Source: Macrostomum lignano
Lineage: Eukaryota
DNA length: 23,576 nucleotides
Assembly (NCBI GenBank): GCA_002269645.1
Contig: NIVC01001796.1
Span: forward strand, 1 to 23,576
Reading direction: 5' to 3'
Part shown: piece after piece, positions 1-7,508 of the stretch
Layout: every line of letters begins with the position of its first letter
Numbering within the stretch: the stretch's first letter is position 1
The notes under the pieces: generated by a model
Told to the model about the DNA's origin: nothing
Seen by the model: only the letters and a program-made list of their open reading frames with translations
Databases searched by the model: none
Made by a program: the position numbers and the translations under genes

Positions 1-168
1 AAAATTTCTACGACAGATTTCTTGAAATAAAAGGAAAACAGAGAACAAAACGAAGTTGAAAAATTTTAACACGTCATACACGCGACGATTCGCAAAAGTG
101 CTAATATAATATACAAATAATTGGATTTATTTCTGCAAAGCTGTGGCAACAATGCCTCTCAACCTGAG

Positions 169-779
169 CTACTCATCAGAGTCCGCTGCCGCCATCGCCG
201 CAGTCAAGCAGTCTTGGCTGGCTTTCCTGAATCCTTTCTCGCACAGGTCGTCAAGAGGAATTTCCAGGTGGAACTTCTTGCCGCCCTCGAATACTTCCAG
301 CGGCACGAAGGTCATCTTGTTTCTGTTGGCCTGGCTGAAGGCCAGGTGTGTCTGCAGCCGGTCGTTTAGGCTCAGATTTTGGAGGCGACCTGTGATGAAC
401 GAATTCAGTGATTTAATAAGGCTGGCTAAATTACAGCGCACCTGTGCAGGTTTCTGTACTCTTTTCATAACAGGTTTTATTGCCGATATGTAGCGTGGAT
501 AACTTTGCAAAGGGAAATATATACACAACACAGCCTGTGGATTTGAACTGTGCCTACCTGAAAGAGTTGTCGGACTCGTCCATTTGTTGAACCCGCTGTA
601 CCTGGTAGAGCAGGGGAACCAGGGCGAATATGAAAATAATTCGAGTCCACCTGGTGCGAATTTGATCGTACGGCGACAGAGGCGGCAGGAACAGCAGCTG
701 GCGCCGGGAAGACCCCGTAGCCGCCTGCTGAAGACTCAGTTTGCCCAGAAACATGGCCTTTTTCACATAAAAAATCCAT
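169..779 (-). CDS. Small spliced protein-coding gene, hypothetical, tentatively PIG-H-like (exon segments 558-754 or 558-779, 442-502, 169-389)
   Basis: Last exon 169-389 is strongly GC3-biased (GRLQNLSLNDRLQTHLAF...AAADSDE*). Canonical GT-AG candidate introns at 503-557 (55 nt) and 390-441 (52 nt). The GC3-rich frame from ATG 754 encodes a hydrophobic helix (RIIFIFALVPLLY). AATAAA on the minus strand at about 125-130. Exact isoform unresolved; the PIG-H resemblance is by-eye only. Confidence 0.6.
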
Positions 780-1095
780 GTCAAACTATTGCTTGAAGCA
801 TTTCGGGATGGATACTTATATTTTTAAACTACTTATTAAGTAGCATAGAATGCAGTTTTCTATACTCATGTTAACAATTAATTGCTACTTATCTAAAATA
901 GCTCTGCCTATTTGCCCGTCATGCAAGCTTTTTGCGTAACAATCGATACTGTCTACTTGTCAGTAGACGATACACCAAACTGATGATTAAAGCTACATTG
1001 GACTGGACATCTGTTAAGAGTGCGCCAATTAACGCTGATCAACTATTATATGCCTGGTTGATAGTTAACCATGCTATCCCCTCCCTCTGATTTTC

Positions 1096-1265
1096 TATTG
1101 GCTTATTCATAGACGACCTCCAACCCACCTCCAGCCCGACCCCTCGGACCGCGTCTTCCACGCGCGCGCCAACTCTCTACCCTCGAATCCCCCACCCCTA
1201 ATTTTATTGCCGTCCTTCTCCGCTTGCGTACATTCTTAAGAGGCATTGGTTAGCCGATGTACATT
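1096..1265 (-). promoter_or_regulatory. Putative cis-regulatory module upstream of the small gene (CCAAT box, GC-box-like G run, paired TGTACA-type motifs)
   Basis: Minus strand reads AATGTACA...AATGTAC...GGCAATAAAA...GGGGTGGGGG...GTGGAA...GTTGGAGGT...AGCCAATA, collinear with 3614-3764. Confidence 0.4.
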
Positions 1266-1905
1266 TGAACTGCGACGATAAATTTTATTGTCCTTGAGCT
1301 AAAGGGGCAAGCAAATAAACTTCGTTGGAGAAAATCTTATTCGAGCCCTGATGCTTTATAATGCAAGCCTAGCCTCAACTTTCACGACACAATTAATTCT
1401 ACAGTTGCTCCAAATCAAATTTTTACCCATGTACGAGTGAATGAGGAAATTTCATCATCAATTTTCTAAATTTATTATCTAATCACCTCATTGAGTCCTT
1501 ATCACTGTTATCAGAAGGGTTTCATATCTCCGATGCTTTTGGTTTATATATCATCATTGGAAAAGCAGCTTCTTTTACAATCCCGAAACTTTTGTATCGT
1601 GTTGCTACTGAGACTACTTCCCATTGGGCATATTAAATGCGAATTGCTGTCGGATTTTGCGACAAACATAAGAAGTCAGGTTTGCCAATTTTCAAGTTTC
1701 CAATCAACTCAGGTGTCCTTAACTAATGGAGTGGCTTATATCATGCCTTAGTGACAAAAATTATTTCATTAATTAAACTTGGCATTGTTGAAAAAATATG
1801 AATTTAAAACAACAACAACAAGCAGCCAAATCAAGCCAAGAAGAAATGCAACACCAATATTTATTTATTAATAATGGTTATGATTATGATTATGAGCACA
1901 CAGAA

Positions 1906-2760
1906 TCAGTCATCCTCATCCATTGGCTGCTCTGCATCTGAGGAGCCGCCGGAGGACTCGCGGTCCCAGTCCTTCATGCTCAGCGTGGGCTTCACCAAGT
2001 AGTCCTCGGACAGGGCGCCCCACGACTTCTTCGCTTTCTTCTTCTGCTGCCGATCTTCTTCCGCAGAAGAAGACTCATTGTTGCCAGATTTGGATTTCGC
2101 TTCGTCTGTCGCCTTCCGCCGGCCGGCCAGCATGTCGAGGAAGTCGCCGCGCGACAGCGAGCTCAGCACCCGCTGCCTGCCCGCCTCCGAGCGCCCGGCC
2201 AGCCGCGACTCCAGCGAGCGCTGCTGCGCCCTGACGGCGTTGAACAGCTGCACAACTCCGCGGCAGGCGATTCGCTCCAGCTGGCGCTCCGCCTCGCGCT
2301 CGTTTGGCGCCGACAGCGGCTTGCGGCGCCCGGCGCATAGCCAACGACGCCTCTCAGCCGTCAGTTTCCTGCGCCGGCGGCCCAGATCGACATTGGAGTC
2401 CTCGGCGGCGTCGCCGGTGTCGGCAGTGGCGTTGGCGGCGGCCGGGGAGAACCGCTGGCGGTCGGTGAGCGCCTTGGCCAGGATGGGGCAGGCGGGGGCG
2501 CGGGTCTGCAGCAGCAGGCCGCGGATGACGTTGGCCAGTCCGGCCGTTCCGCTCGCCTCCGCGGATTTGCGCTTGCCGCGGGCCTTCGACTGGCCGGCGG
2601 CCGGCTTCTGCCGATCCGAGGAGGCGTCGCTGTCGCTGGCGATGTCCTCGACTTCCTCCGCGTTGTCGTCTTCTTCGAGGTCCTGCTCTATCGTGACGCG
2701 AACCGCGGCCTGCGGCTGCTTTGAAGCGGCCGACGGCTTGGCTGAGGCGGCGACTCGCAT
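1906..2760 (-). CDS. RRP15: RRP15-like ribosomal RNA processing protein (284 aa, intronless)
   Basis: Recognisable Rrp15 core EAERQLERIACRGVVQLFNAV...LSSLSRGDFLDML, C-terminal WGALSEDYL...MKDWD, acidic N-terminal tract, GC3-rich codons, AATAAA on the minus strand at 1864-1869. Confidence 0.92.
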   Translation of the reverse strand: MRVAASAKPSAASKQPQAAVRVTIEQDLEEDDNAEEVEDIASDSDASSDRQKPAAGQSKARGKRKSAEASGTAGLANVIRGLLLQTRAPACPILAKALTDRQRFSPAAANATADTGDAAEDSNVDLGRRRRKLTAERRRWLCAGRRKPLSAPNEREAERQLERIACRGVVQLFNAVRAQQRSLESRLAGRSEAGRQRVLSSLSRGDFLDMLAGRRKATDEAKSKSGNNESSSAEEDRQQKKKAKKSWGALSEDYLVKPTLSMKDWDRESSGGSSDAEQPMDEDD

Positions 2761-2771
2761 TGCATGAGGAG

Positions 2772-3095
2772 TGAGTGATTGACAGATTGATTGATTGACA
2801 TATTGAACTAATTGACTGATTGATTGACAGATTGAACAGATTGGTTGATTGACAGATTAAACTGAGTGATTGATTGATTGATTGGTTGATTGATTGACAG
2901 ATTCAACTGAGTGATTGACAGATTCAACTGAGTGATTGACAGATTTAACTGAGTGATCAATGGATTGGTTGATTGACTGATTGATTGATTGACAGACTGA
3001 TTTCATTGATAGGTTGATCACCAGACTGATTTGACAAATTAAATTGATTAGTTGATTGATTGATAGATTTAATTTATTGATTAACTGATTTACAA
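2772..3095. repeat. Degenerate (GATT/TGAT)n microsatellite with an embedded 21-bp repeat (GATTGACAGATTCAACTGAGT, about 3 copies)
   Basis: Read directly; lies immediately upstream of the RRP15 ATG. Confidence 0.9.
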
Positions 3096-3613
3096 ACATA
3101 TAGCCTAATTAAACCCAAATTGAAAATGGTAATTAAAAAAACTGAAATCTCGTTCTTGACTTATAAAAATTTTTCTGTTCAAAATCATAAAATCAGACCA
3201 CGAATACAATAGAGTGGATTAGAGAATGTCTCCCAGCACAAAAGACACAGATATGGCAGTAATTCAGCAATATGAATCAGAACCAACAGAAAGCAAAGTT
3301 AAAAACATTGATACAAATTTTAAAAAAGAGCTGAGCACATTTTTATGCCAGCGGGTTGTTCGCTAAAACATTGCAAATAAACAGCATATGGCTGAATTGG
3401 ATTGGAAAGCAAAACTACCGCAGGGGTGTCCAATGACTTGTTGAATTTCAGGAAAAAGACAATCCTTGATTAATAAATTATATCAATACCACATGAGATA
3501 CTAGAATAGCTAGATGGGCCACTCCGACTCGGCACATTTGCGTGTCAGCTACTTTCAGTTCAGTAGTAAGTTAAACTGAAGAATTTTAATGTTTTTTAAA
3601 GCCAAGGCTCATT

Positions 3614-3764
3614 TATTGGCTCTTTCCCCCCCTCAAGCTTAAAACCTCCAACGGCGCCTTTCCACACAACCCCCCTCCGCCCCCCGCCCCAGTTTTTATT
3701 GCCTTTCTCGGAATTCCAGCCTAAAGCTGCCATGTACATTTCAGTGGACTGGCTAATGTACATT
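3614..3764 (-). promoter_or_regulatory. Putative cis-regulatory module upstream of RRP15 (CCAAT box, GC boxes GGGGCGGGG, paired AATGTACA)
   Basis: Same ordered motif blocks as 1096-1265; contains Sp/KLF-type GGGGCGGGG and NF-Y-type AGCCAATA on the minus strand. Confidence 0.4.
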
Positions 3765-4043
3765 ATTGCTAAACCAATTAGCAAGTTGTTTACGACTGCA
3801 AGCTTGGGCTTCTGAACTTATCAAAGTTCATTTCAGCAGCCTTTATTCTTATAAAATAGCTTATGTATTCTTTTTTGCTACTGAACTGAAAGTAGACAGC
3901 TGTTTTACTAAGGATATATGCCTGAATGGCCTATCTACGAGACTAGTTATTTTAGTATCTGTGACCAATACTAACAATATGATTATTAATCAATTCCAAC
4001 ATTCAGAAACATGATGAAAAATCTAGCTATGCTTTTACAGTCG

Positions 4044-4706
4044 TCACTTCTCCTTCTTAGCCCTGGCAGGCCTGCCGCTCGGCTTGCCGCTTGCAGCCTC
4101 CGCGCGCCCCTGCTGAGCGGTCAGCTTGGGCAGGTAGTGGTCGCACACCTGCTTGCACACGATGGAGCCCAGCATGAAGGCGGACACGAAGCAGGCGTAC
4201 CAGGCTGTGCCAGTCACCTGCTTGCTGAACCAGTCGGACCACATGCCGCTAGCCAGGGCGGCGCAGGCGCAGGTGAACATGAAGGTGCCGCTGGTGGCGT
4301 GGTACAGCTTCATGTCAGCGGGCCGGACTCCGCCCAGCTTCAGCCGGGTGCACACGCCGCCGATGCACTGCAGCAGCAGGTAGATGTTGCACAGGGCGCC
4401 AATCCAAGAGTGCCAGCTGGTCAGGTGCGGCCGGCCCTTCTCCTCCTTGCTGCGCCACACGAAGTAGCCGCCGGTTAAGGAGGCGCCCAGGGCCGCCCAG
4501 TTCAGCAGGGCGTGCGCGGTGGTCTGGCGTTCCCGGTTGCCAGCGAACAAAGACGACTGGCGGTTGAAGGACAGCACGCCTTGGAACAGCAGCAGGCCGA
4601 AGGCGACCGACATGAGGGTTGGGTGCCAGCTGAATAGGCTGCTGCCCGGCTGGGCGATGTACACCAGGAAGCCCACCAGCAGGATGCACAGGAAGTGCGA
4701 CACCAT
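4044..4706 (-). CDS. CYB561D2: Cytochrome b561 domain-containing protein, CYB561D2/101F6-like transmembrane ascorbate-dependent reductase (220 aa, intronless from ATG 4706)
   Basis: PGSSLFSWHPTLMS, AH, LTSWHSWIG and KLYHATSG supply the four heme-ligating His in family-typical context; multiple hydrophobic helices; GCCATG start context. The track ORF extension to 5099 is minisatellite. Confidence 0.92.
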   Translation of the reverse strand: MVSHFLCILLVGFLVYIAQPGSSLFSWHPTLMSVAFGLLLFQGVLSFNRQSSLFAGNRERQTTAHALLNWAALGASLTGGYFVWRSKEEKGRPHLTSWHSWIGALCNIYLLLQCIGGVCTRLKLGGVRPADMKLYHATSGTFMFTCACAALASGMWSDWFSKQVTGTAWYACFVSAFMLGSIVCKQVCDHYLPKLTAQQGRAEAASGKPSGRPARAKKEK

Positions 4707-4755
4707 GGCTGCGGGATGGGTGGGGCAGATTGGCTGCGGTTGAAGGCTGCGCGGG

Positions 4756-5620
4756 CAACTGAGGATCTGGGAGGCTGGCTCAGCAACTGACACTCTGGGA
4801 GGCTGGCCCAGCAACTGACACTCTGGAGGCTGGCCCAGCAACTGACACTCTGGGAGGATGGCCCAGCAACTGAGAATCTGAGGGCTGGCCCAGCAACTGA
4901 GAATCTGGGAGGCTGGCCCTGCAACTGACACTCTGGGAGGTTGGCCCAGCAACTGACACTCTGGGAGGCTGGCCCAGCAACTGACACTCTGGGAGGCTGG
5001 CCCTGCAAGTGGGGATCTGGGAGGCTGGCCCTGCAAGTGGGGATCTGGGAGGCTGGCCCTGCAACTGGGGATCTGGGAGGCTGGCCCAGCAACTGACACT
5101 CTGGGAGGCTGGCCCTACAACTGGGGATCTGGGAGGCTGGCCCTGCAACTGACACTCTGGGAGGCTGGCCCTGCAAGTGGGGATCTGGGAGGCTGGCCCT
5201 GCAAGTGGGGATCTGGGAGGCTGGCCCAGCAACTGAGGATCTGGGAGGCTGGCCCAGCAACTGAGGATCTGGGAGGCTGGCCCAGCAACTGAGGATCTGG
5301 GAGGCTGGCCCAGCAACTGACGCTCTGGGAGGCTGGCCCAGCAACCGAGGATCTGGGAGGCTGGCCCAGCAACTGACACTTTGGGAGGCTGGCTCAGCAA
5401 CTGACACTTTGGGAGGCTGGCTCAGCAACTGACACTCTGGGAGACTGGCCCAGCAACTGAGGATCTAGAAGGCTAGCCCAGCCCAGCAACTGAGGATCTG
5501 GGAGGCTGGCCCTGCAACTGACACTTTGGGAGGCTGGCCCAGCAACTGAGGATCTAGAAGGCTAGCCCAGCCCAGCAACTGAGGATCTGGGAGGCTGGCC
5601 TGGCAACTGGGAAACTGGTA
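4756..5620. repeat. 28-bp minisatellite, about 31 units (GGCTGGCCCAGCAACTGACACTCTGGGA and variants)
   Basis: Read directly; translations repeat every 28 aa (3 units); interspersed variant classes end ...GACACTCT, ...GAGGATCT or ...GGGGATCT. Confidence 0.95.
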
Positions 5621-6604
5621 GCCCAGCAACTAAATGAGAAACAGTGAGACAAACATAATCTGAGTGACAAAGTGTCAGAAAAGATGTCAGCGGCATATAG
5701 CATAAAGACACATTTAATATCTGGGCAGTCGTGGTGAGCTGTGTAGGCATGCTAATCCACAATATCAGTGCATAAGCAGTTTGAAGAGCAAAGTGAAGAA
5801 GCGCCGCCGCAGCGGGTACATCTGAGTAAGACAGGGTATAACAAAGAGAATGAGTAAAGAATGGCATGCATAGCGCATTTGCACAATGCCCGTGAGCTGG
5901 GTTTAGTAGAGAATATTACAGCTAAGGAGAAATTGTACACAAAAATAGCTACAGACAGAAGCAATAAAACTGAATAAATCGTGAAAAATGAGGCCACAGG
6001 CTGGTTGTCAAATCAAAGCGAACTTGAATTCACTTCCATTCTACTGGCAGTAGCATTATAAAAGCCACCTTACTCTCTTATTGTGGTTAGAAAAGGAAAA
6101 AAAGACTGTAAAAAAGGGACAATAGACAGGTGAAAGTAAAAAAAACTGATAAAACCAGGTATTGAACGGATTAGACTATGGAACTGGTTGTATCACAATG
6201 CAATAAAAAAGTTCGCTAGTAGAGTTTAAGAACAGTAGAGGCAGCTACGTGACGCGAATAACGCAAGGACTACTACTATCAGTAGTCTGACTGGACTTTC
6301 ACCAGGTCAGCGAGTTCGAATTCTGGTGCATTCTAGTCGAAATATTTCGGCCTTCAAAACAATTCCTAGAAACGAAAAACGTCTCTTATCTTAATTTTAG
6401 CTCGTATTGGTCCCTGCAATCAATGTCGAGATAATTTGGAAAGGCACGAACAGAGAGACTGCATGCTGGGTGAGACTGAGAAATAATCAGTCAGATTCTG
6501 ATTCCCGATATGTTGTGTAGACCACTTTTTTTGAAGTTCAGATACAAACAGGGAAGAATTTTTTTCTTGCTGTATTCATGTTTAAATTCTCGGCTCTTTC
6601 GTAC

Positions 6605-6975
6605 GGGGAATTCCCCGGTTAGGTAGGTGGGCTTGGAATTCCTTGGCATGGGGAATTCCCCGGTTAGGTAGGTGGGCCTGGAATTCCTTGGCATGGGGAA
6701 TTCCCCGGTTAGGTAGGTGGGCCTGGAATTCCTTGGCATGGGGAATTCCCCGGTTAGGTAGGTGGGCTTGGAATTCCTTGGCATGGGGAATTCCCCGGTT
6801 AGGTAGGTGGGCCTGGAATTCCTTGGCATGGGGAATTCCCCGCTTAGGTAGGTGGGCCTCGAATTCCTTGGCATGGGGAATTCCCCAGTTAGGTAGGTGG
6901 GCTTGGAATTCCCCGGTTCGATAGGCGGGCTAGGAATTCCTTGGCATGGGGAATTCCCCGGTTAGGTAGGTAGGC
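6605..6975. repeat. 45-bp minisatellite, about 8 units (GGGGAATTCCCCGGTTAGGTAGGTGGGCCTGGAATTCCTTGGCAT)
   Basis: Read directly; 12-bp palindrome GGGGAATTCCCC at 6605, 6650, 6695, 6740, 6785, 6830, 6875 and 6948; two EcoRI sites per unit; no unique spacers. Confidence 0.95.
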
Positions 6976-7201
6976 TAGGAGCTTCTTGCAACGGGGGAAA
7001 GCAATTAATCGATACTGCAGGTAATCTCGGTGAGGGGGACATTATTTGTGTAGGAAAGAGAATTCCTCTGTAGGGAATATAATTCCTTTTTAAGCAGAAA
7101 TTCTGAGTAGGGGGAATTTCCCAGATAGTTTGAAGAGTGCAGAGTCAAGGCAGGCATGACAGACAGACAGTTTCAGACCCGACTTCAGCCGGGCCATCGG
7201 C

Positions 7202-7508
7202 TCAGAACAGCACAGGCGAGGCCGCCCCGTTGTTGTCGGCGTCTCCGGTGGTGGCCACCTGCAGGGAGGCTGGCGCTGCCGGCCCCGCCTTGTTGACCTG
7301 GCCGCCTTCGCCCAGGCCGGCGAAGCTGTCGCTGTCTGGCGGCACTATCACGTCAGTGTCCTCCTGGCCGCCGGAGTACAGGTCCCGCTGCACAGCGGCC
7401 TGAGTCAGCTGCTCGGTGGTGGTGAGCAGGCGGGCCAGCGGCAGGCAGCAGCCGCTGCAGGTCTCCGTGAGCAGCGGCCGGGCGTTAGTGAGCAGCGGCT
7501 TCACGAAA
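7202..7508 (-). CDS. NHE exon 9 (last; [11 protein letters not shown]...ASPVLF*)
   Basis: Acceptor TTTCCACCGCAG; phase 2 matches exon 8; TGA at 7202-7204. Confidence 0.9.

Noticed and set aside
2078-2767. 229-aa plus-strand ORF antisense to RRP15 (and similar shadow ORFs over CYB561D2, the NHE exons and the nested peptide)
   Set aside because: Expected shadow frames of GC3-rich coding sequence; no independent features.
4707-5428. Long Pro/Gln/Ser-rich ORFs (351, 308 and 206 aa) and an apparent N-terminal extension of CYB561D2
   Set aside because: They translate the 28-bp minisatellite, whose minus strand has no stop codons; there is no ATG start in the array and no coding bias.
5562-5997. 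Hydrophobic ORFs of 101 and 81 aa
   Set aside because: No GC3 bias, recognisable motif or phase-compatible splice link to CYB561D2; hydrophobicity reflects T-rich sequence.
6280-6330. tRNA/SINE B-box-like GAGTTCGAATTC
   Set aside because: The T-stem does not pair, and no convincing A-box or cloverleaf is present.
6491-6924. ORFs (MPRNSRPTYLTGEFP)n and (AWGIPRLGRWAWNSL)n
   Set aside because: Artefacts of a stop-free 45-bp unit divisible by 3.
6605-6975. CRISPR-like appearance (palindromic repeats at regular spacing)
   Set aside because: Intervening sequences are identical rather than unique spacers, there are no cas genes, and the context is eukaryotic.
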